Assembly: GCF_001447785.1 (NCBI RefSeq)
Contig: NW_015174285.1
Coordinates: 300,123-362,391, forward strand
Source of the DNA: Gekko japonicus
Lineage: Eukaryota
Reading direction: 5' to 3'
DNA length: 62,269 nt
The notes beneath the pieces were generated by a model. The model had not been told where the DNA came from and made no database searches. It saw only the letters and a program-made list of their open reading frames with translations. The position numbers and the translations under genes were made by a program. This document shows, one piece after another, positions 39,048 through 51,094 of this stretch; the first letter of the stretch is position 1; the number at the start of each line of letters is the position of its first letter.

Positions 39048-39646
39048 TCCATATATCTAATACCCAAGTCGCCCCATCTGTGCGGATCGCTAAATCCGCG
39101 CTCCGGGGCGACCTGGGGGGCAGGGAGATTTTTGGGCACACGTGGGGAGGTCCCCACGTGTGCACAAAAATGCTAAACCTTGCAAAAAATTTCGGGGGGA
39201 TGTTTAAATCCCCCAGAAACTCACAGAGCGTCCCCTGCGCACGCGCAGGGAACGCTCTGCGAACGCCGCCATTACCGTTTGAAAGGCAAGCGGCGAGCAG
39301 GGAGGGGGGCCCTCGCTTCAGGGGGGAAAGGGTGGAGATTTACCTCCTCCACAGAGAGCAGCGGCTCCTCCTGAAGCAACAAAAAGTTCCGGAGCCGGCT
39401 TCGCCGCGGGCGGGCAGGCGGGCAGGCAAAGACCGGCCTCGCCGCCGCCTCCGCTGCCGCCTCCGCTGCCTCCTCGGAGCCAGCCGGGCGGGGGGGGAGG
39501 ACCAGCCTCGCCGCCGCCGCCGCCTCCGCCTTGGAACCGGGCGGGGGGGAGAGACTGGCCTCACCGCCGCCTCGGGGAGATCGAGGGGGGGTTGGAGGAG
39601 ACGGAGCTCTTCTCCCCCCCGCGAGTATCGCGGGTCCCCTTACTTG
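39048..39646 (+). mobile_element. Non-autonomous Helitron, GC/CpG-rich
   Basis: A|TC 5' end (tccatatatctaata), 3' hairpin cccgcga-gta-tcgcggg, terminal CTTG|T, no TSD. Homologous to 57107-57560. Splits a GGTTGCCA-type MITE remnant (about 38984-39766). Confidence 0.85.
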
Positions 39647-40699
39647 TATGACATATATTCCACCCTCCAGATCAGCCATTTTTTTCCAGGGGAACTGATG
39701 CGTGTGGTCTAGAGATCAGCTGTAGTTCCAGGAGATCTCCAGGCCCAACCTGGAAGACTGCAACCCTTGTGGAGAGACTAATCATGTATTAATACCAGCT
39801 CGTTCCCACAGGATATGGCTTGTGGAAACCAGCAGGGGAAGTCCACACATCTTTTTGGTCACATCCTTCATTCAGGCTTCATTTCTCAGGCCACAGAGTT
39901 TTTCAGGCCCATAGCCAGGATTTTTTTTGTTTGAGGGAGGAGTATTTAAATTTTTAAGGGGGCAGTTAAATTAAACTTAATTAAATTAATCTCAATGCCT
40001 GTCTTTAAAGGGGGAGGCTCTGAGCCTGTTTCTAGCCCTTTCTTTCAAGGGACAGGGCAGCAAGCATGTCAGTTCCTAGGTGAAAACAGCTCAGAGGGCA
40101 TTTACTTTGTGTGTTTCCCAGAGGCTCATGGGGATGCTCTTGAAAGACTCACCATGACCTAGGTGGTATACAGCAGGACTGGGCTAGCAGAAAGGAGGAT
40201 TGTTGGAGATGTATTGAAGGTACCACTCTTGAGTGCCCTTCTAAGCATTCTTGCCCCATGGAATGGAACTCCAAAGGCATTTAAATGCCTTATGAAGGCA
40301 GTTAAATGCCCTCTGAGCTGTCTTTTCCCAGGTCCCATGATGCCCCCCCAAGAGGGCAAGCCAAGCTGCGGCACTCTCACCCTGGCCACCAGCAGCAGCA
40401 GCGTGTGTATGTATCTCACTCTCAAAAATAAGTTTTGTGGCATGGCTATTTGTGGGATGGGGCTTTTAATTAAGGGGCAGGGCCCCGAAATGCCCCACTG
40501 TAGCTATGAGCCTGGTGTTTTTTGTTGTTGTTTTAGTTGTTTCTTAAGGATGTGGGTACCCATTAAAGAGGTATGCAATTTCCCCACAAGGTTTCTTATT
40601 AAGTTTAGACAGAGACAGTGTCAGGAACACTGAATGCACGCAGATTTCCCAACAAGAAGGGTTGCTATGGGCCATAGTATGCTGGAGCTCTCCTCCTGC

Positions 40700-40746
40700 N
40701 NNNNNNNNNNNNNNNNNNNNNNNNNNNNNNNNNNNNNNNNNNNNNN
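40700..40746. other. Assembly gap
   Basis: N run. Confidence 1.
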
Positions 40747-42456
40747 AAGAGAGGTTGCTGTTGCCCTTCCTCACAATTGAATTCCTTCAAGAGGAAGAGC
40801 TGCAGCTTGCTTCCAGTCCTGCTCCAGAGGATCTGCTGGCAAGAAAGAGTTGCAGCCTGGTCTATTCTCTGACACTGGATCTATTCATCGGTGAGCATCC
40901 AGTGGGGCAAATACTGTTCTTTAGAGTTATGAACATGCTGAAAGAGTAGCATGAAAATTTACCAGAACAAGGAAGGGCAAGCTCAAAATAGTTTTCCCCC
41001 TTTGCCCAAAGGAAGAAATCATCTGTTGTGGACAAAGAGATAGCAAATGGGTCAGAATAATGTGGATACATTATAGGACCTTGCTCAGGATCCCAATGAA
41101 TTTGTCAAAAGAGACTAATTTGGGGGAATGAAGAAACAGAAACATAATTACAGAGTATGCAGTTCCCCTGTTTAGTTCAGCTGTCATTTGCCCTGTGTGA
41201 ACCTCTTAGATTTCCCTCTTGTGTCAGGTTCTGCTTATCCTTACAACAGGTGACACAACTTAAGCTCCGTCACTCACATAGACAATCTGCTGAATGAGAA
41301 AGTCCAGCATTTCATAATCAGAGATTTGCCACAACTGCAGTTCAAAACAGATCTGGTTACATAGGCAAAACAGTGGAATTAAAAGAACAGAGCACTGTAC
41401 CAGGAAAAAAAAACAATAAAAGGAAAAATAAACAGAGCATGACTTTTCCCCCTTGTACTTTCTGCAAACTGATGGGGTTAGAGATTCAGGTGTGCATGTC
41501 ATACCTTTGGGATCAAGACAGCAACAAATAAGAAAGGAAATGAATTGGCTTAAAGGAATCTGCCTGCATCTCCAGTTAATGTCAAATTCAACCACAAGAA
41601 TAATAGATGGGCTGTCATGTAATTTATGGATATAATAAAACCATTGAGGGTCACTGATATCGTTAAACAAACCACAGACACATCATCATGAATGACTTGT
41701 CTCCACTATCAGGTGTAATTTCCTGGTTTTGGATTGCTGTGTAGCAATTCACACCACAGGCTAGAAGTCTCTTAACATTCATCATTAATATGCATTCTTA
41801 CAGGAAATTTATTTATTTAAAAATTTATAACCAACATTCCAGTTGGAGTTTGAAAAGGCTAGTTTCCAGCATATCAGGCCACTTGCCTGTAAACTGACAG
41901 CCTGCATATATACTCCTGGAAAAAGGAGCTCCCGCCCACCCCCGGCCCGAAATAGAAAATGCAACTTGAGCTTTACCTATGAAAACTTTACTATCCCCAA
42001 ACACAGTGTGAAGAAGACATTTGTCTATCTCATCTCCCTTATATTCAGAAAAGGACAGATTGGGTTTGCCTTGCTTTACTAGCTACAGAGCTATTACTGA
42101 CAAGGGCTTTCTCCTGAATTTGTTTCAAGATCTTCTCTGCTGCATTTGTATGTGTAGTAAACTTGAAGTTTATCAGAGTTTATCTTTTTATAGCTACCAG
42201 CACAACATCTTAGGGAAAGGGAAGGTAAGATCAGAAATCAACAGTTGCACAAACCCAGGTCAGATATTAACATATTTCATTTTCGCTTTTTGCCTATCGA
42301 AGGCAGCTCTTTCTTTAATCACAAAAGTCTAATGTTGCTTCAGTCATGTATTGATATGTGCGGGGATGCTGATTTCCATCTTTGGAGCCACTGCCAAAAC
42401 TTATAGGATCCAGAATCTTTTTTTTCCATTTGAGAGGTTCCAAGAAAATATTAGAA

Positions 42457-42670
42457 GAAGAGAAAGTTTTTATACCACTGCTTTTCTCTACCTTAAAGAG
42501 TCTCAAAGCAGCTTACAACTGCCTTCCTTGTGAGGTAGGTGGGGCTGAGAAAGTTTTGAAAGAACTGTGGCTGATCCAAGGTCACCCAACACACTTCATG
42601 TGGAGGAGTGGGGAATCTAACCTGATTCTCCAGACTAGAGTTCACCACTCTTAACCACTATACCACACTG
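42457..42670 (-). mobile_element. Squam3-type SINE
   Basis: Family consensus match. Confidence 0.8.
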
Positions 42671-44248
42671 GTTCTCAATATTAGTTGAATGGACAGAGTT
42701 TCTGTAAAATTCTAGCATACATTAATTTGTCTTAACTTCTGAAATGGTGAGATAATCAGACATATACATTGGTTACCCTGAGCTTGACATTTCTGCAAAC
42801 TGGCTGGTATTTATATCCCTCATTATTTATCACTACTAAACTGCCTGTGTATGTGTGAAATAAGTACAGTTTGTCAGCTGTTTTCATAACTGCTTGCAAA
42901 GGCTCAACAGTTCTTTACCAACTATCTACACATACCTCAGAGAGTTCAGTAGCACATAGCAAATAGCCCTACTAGTTTAATTTCCTATTAAAGTTTTTTA
43001 AAGTTATATGCTCATGTACAAATTCAGTCCTCGCCATCTAATAACTTATAGCACTCTTATCATGCAAAATTCTTTACAATAATTTTCTCCTCACAACAGC
43101 ACAAATAGGTCATTACTCTTCTAACTGGTTTAAATTTGCACCAAAGCCCTCTGGAAAGGGGGGAAAATGGCAGTCTCTATTTGAAAATATAAAAGCTAGC
43201 AGGTAAGCACATGTGTCTCCGCAACACCAAATGGAATGTACAAGTCTCTTAAAAGTCTGAAAGCAAAGGGAAAATGAGGTAGTCTTTACATTAAAATACC
43301 CTAGATGTTAATTTAGATGATGCACTAGGCATAGAGTCAAAGGAAAATGTATTTTCCATTGAACAAAGGGAAACTGAAATGAATTGTAATTACCAGACTA
43401 ATACATTTTGTTTCAATCACAAAGAATGCATATCAAGTTTTTAAAAACTAAAATGAACCAAGTACAAAAGCAAAACAAAAATTTGTGTCTATAGCTGTAT
43501 CTACCAACCCTCCGTCTGTGGAACTAGATATGTTGCTGCCTGTGATGAGGGTTTGACTGGCTAATCGTATGTAACGATGGGTCTTGAGAGCACTATATTG
43601 GAGAGGGTTAGGGATGTGTTTCACTGTGACAAAGAAAAGGTACTAGAGCAGGGCAAGGCTTTAGAAACAGTTATACAAATCCAATGCTCCATGGCTGCCA
43701 GAGATTAGAGTCTCATTGGTATTACTTCCTCTCTGTTGCAATTTGTAAATGTCACATGCTCATTCCCTTTATTCCTTATGTTGTTTGGCAACTCACTGAG
43801 CGTTAACTTGTGTAAAGTCATCTGGGCTTGCAATGCTATTGCAATGTTCTAGACACAAAATCTGATTATGCCTCCAAACTGGCACAGTCAACCGGAAATT
43901 CACTTCTTGTATGGCATTTTTCTTGTTCTGCAACTATACAAACTTTCCTAGAATCCAATGGGAGCTGCTGTCTAGAACAGTGGTTCCCAGCCTTTTTGGT
44001 ATGTGACCCAGAAGTCCAAATGTACTTGGTATGGTGACCCATCCAGAGCTGGCCCAAGGTTTTTTGGGCACTGTTAGGCACACTATGACCATAGTGCCTG
44101 TCTAGTCCAGCATTCCATTTTCTATAGTGGCCAACTGGAGGTTTTTGGGAAACCAACAAACATTGCACAAAGGGAAGAGATACCCCCAAGCAAGTGGTTT
44201 TCCAATGTACACAGCCTTATCATATGGAGATTACATTCCAGCCCTCTT

Positions 44249-45686
44249 AAGAACATAAGAACATAAGAGAAGCCAATGTTGGATCAGGCCACTGGCTCAT
44301 CTAGTCCAACACTCTGTCACACAGTGGCCAAAAATGCCAGGTGCCATCAGGAGGTCCACCAGTGGGGTCAGGACACTAGAAGCCCTCCCAGTGTTGCCCC
44401 CCCAGCACCAAGAATATAGAGTATCCCTTGCCCCAGACTGAGAGTTCCTATCTATACCTTATGGCTAATAGCCACTGATGGACCTCTGCTCCATATGCTT
44501 ATCTAATTCCCTCTTGAAGCCATCCATGCTTGTAGCCACCACCAATGCTCCCTCTAAGCTGTGGAGTCTTGTGAGCAAAAATTCTACTTTGTGAGTTCCT
44601 GGCATTAAAGTTGTGAGTGAGCGATTTGGCAACTGCATAAATTAGTTTGCTCTGGAACCCTCCTTCCTGAGCTAAGAGAAAAATGTGTGAGCCAGAGGCT
44701 AAAAAACTGTGAGCTAGCTCACACTAACTCAGTTTAGAGGGAACACTGGCTGCCGCCACCTCCTGTGGCAGTGAATTCCATGTGTTAATCACTCTTTGGG
44801 TGAAGAAGTACTTCCTTTTATTTGCTCTAACCCGACTGCTCAGCAAATTCATTGCGTGCTCATGAGTTCTTGTATTGTGAGAAAGGGAGAAAAGTACTTC
44901 TTTCTCAACCATGCATAATCTTGTAAACATCGATCATGTCACCCCTCAGCCGTTGTTTCTCAAAGCTAAAGAGCCCCAAGCGTTTTAACTTTTCTTCATA
45001 GGGAAAGTGTTCCAACCCTTTTATCATTCGAGTTGCCCTTTTCTGCACTTTTTCCAATGCTAGAATATCCTTTTTGAGGTGTGGTGACCAGAACTGTACA
45101 CAGTACTTCAAATGAGGTTACACCATTGATTGATACAGGGGCATTATGATACTGGCTGATTTGTTTGCAATTCCCTTCCTAATAATCCCCAGCATAGTGT
45201 TGGCCTTTTTTATTGCAGTTGCACACTGTCTCGACATTTCTATTGAGTTATCTACTATGACTCCAAGACTCCACGTCAGTCTCTGTTCGTTCGGACCCCA
45301 TCAATGTGTATTTATATTTAGGATTTTTGGCTCCAATGTGCATCACTTTGTACTTGGCCACATTGAACCACATTTGCCATGTTGACACCCATTCGCCCAT
45401 CCTCGACAGATTCCTTTGGAGCGCCTCACAATCCTCCCTGGTTCTCACCACCCTGAACAACTTCATGTGATCTGCAAATTTAGCCACTTCACTGCTTACT
45501 TCCAACTCCAAATCACTAATAAACAAGTTAAAAAGCATTGGACTGAGTACTGATCCTTGTGGTACCCCACTGCTTACCACTCTCCAGTGAGAAAATTACC
45601 TATTTATACTCACTCTCTGTTTCCTATTAATTAGCCAGTTTTTGATCCACAAGAGGACATGTCCTTTTATCTCGTGACTACTGAGG
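44249..45686 (-). mobile_element. 5'-truncated CR1 LINE
   Basis: [55 protein letters not shown]. 3' (TTCTTATG)n microsatellite tail. Confidence 0.95.
44543..44748 (-). mobile_element. hAT MITE (4234-4435 family) nested in CR1
   Basis: Same TIRs. 8-bp flanks GCCACCAC/GCTGCCGC are compatible with a CpG-decayed TSD. Confidence 0.88.
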
Positions 45687-46150
45687 ATTGAGTAGACGCG
45701 GGGGAAATCGCACAAAGCTGCGGTGCAAAATGCGGCCGCGCAGCAGCTTGTGTGAAATTGACACGTACCATCGGGGCAAAAGGGAGGAGTGAGCGCGGAG
45801 CAGCGCTTGTGGGAAATCACCCAAAGATTTTGTTGGGACAAGTAAACTGGTGCAGAGGTTCATACCCAGAAGCGATGTCCTTCAGCTATGTGGGACCCAG
45901 ATTGGGAAGTTAAGAACCAGCACTTTTAATTGAACTTGGAAGCCTCAAGCATGTCAGAAGCCAGTGCAGATGCCTCAAAACAGGTGTTATATGATCAAAA
46001 CAGTCACAGCTTGTTAACAGAGTAGTTTGCATGGGCAGCCCACACACACACAATGTGTCACAATAGTTCATGCAGCTTCATTCTGGATTGCTGTCTATCC
46101 TCTGACACAAACTACAGTTCACAGCTGCATTGCAAATGCATGCATATAGG

Positions 46151-46610
46151 CAGGGGTCATTTCGTAGAAAAAGAGGTGCAGGAGCTCATTAGCATAACTT
46201 ATTTGCATATACCACACCTCCTGACATCACTGGAAGTGTGTCAGAAGGCAACACCCACTGCTCAGGCTCCACTGGAGTGTTCTGGATTGCTAGCTATTGG
46301 GGGGGGGGAACGTGCAGATCTGTCCTCACAGAGGAGGGAGAGCTTGTACCTGAATAAAACTTGGTCTTAAAGGTACCACTGGACTGTTTTGGATTGCTAG
46401 CTATGGGGGGGGCACAGTTCTGCCCTCACAGAGGAGAAAGAGCTGGTACCTGAAGGCGGGCTCTGCAACTTACCTGGCTGCTTCTTTCTCCTCATGGCCC
46501 GACTGAGGGCTGCTGGGAGCAAGGGGTGGGGCTTGTTGCATGTGCCCACCCCCTGGGCTCCTTACTGCTGGAGCTCTGTTCCTGTGCGCTCCCACAGGAA
46601 ATGACCCCTG
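46151..46610 (+). mobile_element. Non-autonomous hAT MITE (CAGGGGTCATTT TIR)
   Basis: TIRs caggggtcatttc / gaaatgacccctg. Left TSD CATATAGG; the right copy is split by the L2 insertion. Confidence 0.85.
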
Positions 46611-46616
46611 CATATA

Positions 46617-48272
46617 TCTCTGCATCTGGCCGAATTGGCTAACTATCGGCCGGTTTCCAATTTGCCCTATTTGGGAAAATTAATCGAGAGGGTGGTGGCG
46701 GCACAGCTCCAGGGCTTTCTGGATGATGCTTCCGTGTTAGATCCCTTCCAGTCCGGCTTTCGCCCGGGACAAGGGACGGAGATGGCGTTGGTCACTCTTA
46801 CTGACGACCACCAAAGACACTTGGATCGAGGCGGTTCGGCGGTGCTGCTGCTCCTTGACCTGTCGGCTGTGTTCGACATGGTCAATCACCAGCTGCTCGC
46901 CTGCTGCCTCGCTGATGTGGGAATATAGGGGCTTGCCTTACAGTGGCTTGTCTCTTTTCTCCAGGGTCGGGGACAAAGGGTGGCGCTAGGGGAACAGCGG
47001 TCCAGGAGATGCCCACTTGAGTGTGGGATGCCTCAGGGCGCTGTGCTTTCCCCGATGTTGTATAACATCTATATGCGCTCCCTTGCTCAGGTGGCTAAGA
47101 GGTATGTGTTGGGTTGTCATCAGTACGCTGATAACACCCAGCTCTACCTGATGTTGGGCAGGCGGGCGGTCTCCAGACCGGAAGATCTGGACTGGGCGTT
47201 GCAGGCCGTGGCTGGTTGGCTTAGGCTGAGCCGGTTGAAGCTGAATCCGATGAAGATGGAGGTCCTATGCCTGAGTCGTGGCGGTAAGGGGTTGGGGCTT
47301 CCGCTCCCGACCTTCGATGGGGCACTATTAGTGCCAGCACCGGAGGTTAGGAGTTTGGTAGTGCGCCTGGATCCCCTTCTGACGATGGAGGCCCAGGTAG
47401 CAGCCACTGCAAAATCAGCCTTTTACCATCTTCGGCTGGTTCGGCAGTTGGTTCCCTTCCTCGAACGCTGCAACCTGGCTATGGAGATCCATACAACGGT
47501 CATCTTGAGATTGGATTACTGTAATGCTCTCTCTATGGGGCTGCCCTTGTCCGAAATCCGGAAGCTGCAGCTGGTGCAGAATGCCGCGGCCAGGCTGTTG
47601 ATGGGCCTCCCGCATCGGGAGCACATCCAGCCTGCGCTTAGGCTGCTGCACTGGCTGCCAATTGCTTACTGGATTCGCTTCAAGGTGCTGGTGCTTACAT
47701 TTAAAGTCGTATATGGCCAGGGTCCGGCTTACCTGAGGCATTTCCCCATTTGTGCCCCAGAGAGTACTACGGTCTGGGGCCCAACAACATCTATCCCGGA
47801 CCCCAAGGAGACGAGACTTACCATTACCAGGACCAGGGCGTTTTCGGTGGCAGCTCCTTACTGGTGAAACAAGCTCCCGGATGAGATCAGGGCCCTGCGG
47901 GACCTCTCACAGTTCCACAGGGCCTGCAAGACGGAGCTCTTCCGCCAGGCTTTCAAATAGGAACCACCACCACCACAGTTACCATCAATCCAGAATATCG
48001 GACTGGCCCACTCTGAGCCTCACCGGTGAACATCTAGACCATGGGACTGATTTTAAGATCTGAAGACAGAAGGAATGCCAATACAACGCCATTCATCTTA
48101 AGGTTACTCTGCTGTAGTGAGCACTTAATTATTAAGATTGTTTTTTAAGGGATTTTAATATTTTTATTGTTTTATTTGTATTGGCGTGTCGGCCGTCTCC
48201 TGTAAGCCGCCCAGAGCCTGTTCACAGGGTGGGCGGGGTATAAATGTAAATATAAATAAATAAATATAAATA
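46617..48272 (+). mobile_element. 5'-truncated L2-clade LINE, relatively young
   Basis: NYRPVSNLPYLGKLIERVV, LDPFQSGFR, LLLDLSAVFD, GMPQGAVLSP, YADNTQLY, RLDYCNAL, LQLVQNAAARLL, LHWLPI. (TAAA)n tail; the 3' end resembles the Squam3 tail. Confidence 0.93.
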
Positions 48273-48342
48273 TAGGCAAAGTATTTGCAATCCAATTTAG
48301 AAACTAGATTAAGAAGTGAACGTTCTTTTAGGTGTTCAAGGA

Positions 48343-48597
48343 TGGTGTAGTGGTTAAGTGAGCGGACTCTAATCTGGGAGAACCGGGTTTGATTCCCCAC
48401 TCCTCCACTTGCACCTGGCTGGATGACCTTGGGCAAGCCGTAGTTCTGAGTCAGAGCTCTCTCAGCCCCACCTACCTGTGTCTGTTGGGTGTCTGTTGTG
48501 AGGAAGGGAAGGAAAAGGAGTTTGTAAGCCACTCTGAGACACCTTTGGGTAGTGAAGGGCGAGGTATAAATCCAATCTTTTCTTCTCTTCTTCTTCT
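48343..48597 (+). mobile_element. Squam3-type SINE
   Basis: A/B boxes and (CTT)n tail. Confidence 0.88.
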
Positions 48598-48851
48598 ACT
48601 TGCAATTTGTATTCAAATTATGATTTTAGCAGAGTGATCACCATTACTGCCATCTACTTGCATTGTACCATGCTATTGTGGCCTAACATGCAGCTTCTAA
48701 GAATCAGTTAAATCATCATTTGCATTACACTCAACACTACTTAATTAGAGATGCAGAGAGAGAGCTGGGCCCTAACTTTACACAACATTCCCATTCGATT
48801 TGACCAGGGCCATCTAACAAAAGAGAAGAAGCTGTTCCAAGGCCTCCTTTT

Positions 48852-49166
48852 TGTTATGTATTGTGTATACATAATGCCTGGGCTTGAGTTTCAACCCTAT
48901 CTAGCGTGGTATCGTAAACTGCACAGTTTGATTGGCTACTCTGCGAAGTAGACCAATCAGGGTACAAGAAAGGTTCTGGAGAGAGATGCATCCATTGGTT
49001 GTTATGTTACTATTCTGATTGGTTATTAACTCACCAGTGGGCGTGGTTATCCAAGCCTGGATAGTTTAAAAGAGAGCCTGTTGCTCTCCTGTTTGTGTTC
49101 GTTCTTGTCTTGTTCTAATAAAGCTGAAACTTCTTAAATGAGCTGCCTGAAGTCTCGTACTTAACA
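48852..49166 (+). mobile_element. Solo LTR (TGTTATGTAT...TAACA family)
   Basis: TG..CA ends, multiple CCAAT/ATTGG, tttaaaa TATA, AATAAA. Perfect 5-bp TSD CTTTT. Confidence 0.9.
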
Positions 49167-49253
49167 CTTTTGAAGACCCCCATTCAGTGGGGTAGGCAAC
49201 AATGCAACTCAAATTGCTTGAAAATCTAGGAAGGCTAAGAGTAGGGTTGCCAG

Positions 49254-51094
49254 CAGGCCTGTAGCTAGCATGGGCAAGCTTCCCTGCTGCTTTGGGTGGG
49301 CAAGAGTTGTCCCTGGGGCTCTGTGGCACAGGCCTGGTGCATCCGTGTGTGCGTGAGAGAGAGAGTGGGTGGGGAGTCGAGTATGATTTCCAATGAGCTG
49401 TGGGGGGGGATGGGTGTGGTGTGGTTGCAGGGGGCTCCTTTCCCTTCCCTTTAGTGTATGTGAGAGAGTGAGGGGGGGGGTCCGCTCCGATTTCCCAGTG
49501 AGCAGGGGAAAAGAGAAAGAAATGTCTGCAGGGTGTGGGCTCCCTTCCCTCCCCTCCTACTTCAAGCAGGCAACAGGCATCCCTGGGAGTTGGGCTCTGT
49601 GGCGCAGGGCTGACACTTCAGTGTGTGTGTAACTGGGGGCAGGGGAGTCCAGTTTGATTTCAGAGCAAGCGGCTTCTTTTAGTAGGACTGGGAAAGGCAT
49701 AGCAGGAAGGAGAGCATGTTTTAAAATCAGGGGGCCCCCACGGAAAATGCTGGGAGGGGGATCAAGTTGGCTACAGGGCTCCCTCTGCAGCACGTCCCTG
49801 GATTTTCTGTTGCTCTCCCCAACTTTTCTATTCCCTCAACTATGCTTTTTGATGTTCTTTTCTCTTCCATTTCCAAGCCTTTTCTATCTCTTTCCTTCTC
49901 CTCCCACGGCATCATGCATTTTAATATCCTCGCTTTTCAGTCTGCTTTTTATGTTCAGACCTTCCTTTTCTCCCCTCCCCAAACCCCCATTTCAGAGTAG
50001 CAAGGCAGCGATCCCAATGGTTCCCTGGCTTTAGTCTTTAACCCATGTTTGCTGCGTGAATCCTTTGCACTTGGTTTATACTGGAGGAAGCCCATCTCTC
50101 CTCCTCCTCCCCTGCTTTCAGTTGGTTTTATTTATTAGATTTCTTCGTCTCTCACTCTCTCCAAAGGGTCTTGCTCTTGTAATGTTGTGGTATATTCGCT
50201 GTATACATGTATATATGTAATGGAACTGTTATGTATGGAATGGAATGTATGTATATTGAGCTTGAGTCTGATGCAAGGTATTGAAAACCAACCTATCAGA
50301 ACCAGTGGAGTTCTGGAGGGAAGCAAAGTGATTGGTCTTTATTTACAATATCTGATTGGATGTTATCTGACATGGGGGCATGGCTTGCCAAGCCCGGACT
50401 GTTTAAAAAGGAGCCTGTTGCTCTGTTGTTTGTCTTGTTCTGATTTCTTCTAACTTGTTGAATAAAGCTGTTGTCACTGTTCACCTGCTGCCTCGAGTCT
50501 CGTATTCAACAGGAACTGTCTGCTCTTCCCCTAATATCTGTGTGGTTTAGTTTGGTCCTGTTGGGTGGAGCTCTTGTTTCAGTTTCGTTTTGTGTATGCT
50601 GAATGGACCTGAGAAGGGGGTGGCTGAGTGAGTACTCAAGCCTGGGAACCCACAGCCAAAGGGGGACAGTACAAATGTAAGCCTTCAAGCTCCTTTTTAA
50701 CTGCTGGGGGGGGGGGTTGGAACTTGGGGGAAGCAAACATGCACAGAGGCTTACATTTTTTCCCCTTTCCTTTCCCTTTCTTCTGTTTCTTTCCCTTTCT
50801 TTGTTTCCTTCCCTTTCTTTGTTTCCCTTTCCCCCATTTATTTCTTTCCCTTTTCCCCCTTTCTTTCCCTTTCTGGACGCACTCTATCCATGCCTCAGCT
50901 CGGCATCAGGGAGGGAGGGAGACCGGGGTGGATCTCAGTGCTGGCAGCAGCAGCAGCTTGAACATTTTTTCTTTGATTTTTTATTTGTTGTGATGTCAGT
51001 GCCCTTTTTGTAACGTCAGTGCACATGTGTGGGGCTTTTGGGGGGGCACTTTCTCCAGGCCCCCCCCACTAAACATTTCCTAGCTACGGGCCTG
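49254..51094. mobile_element. 1.84-kb non-autonomous hAT element (CAGGCCCGTAGCTAG TIR)
   Basis: TIRs caggcctgtagctag / ctagctacgggcctg. Perfect 8-bp TSD GTTGCCAG (49246-49253, 51095-51102). Confidence 0.88.
50227..50511 (+). mobile_element. Solo LTR (same family) nested in the hAT element
   Basis: tgttatgtat...gtattcaaca. Perfect TSD GGAAC. Confidence 0.9.

Noticed and set aside
38984-39712. 242-aa Arg/Gly-rich ORF and apparent CpG-island promoter
   Set aside because: It lies within a Helitron with a second copy at 57107-57560. The ORF is a by-product of GC-rich repeats.
40163-40949. ORFs around the second gap as host exons
   Set aside because: No recognisable domain or convincing splice signals, and interrupted by Ns.
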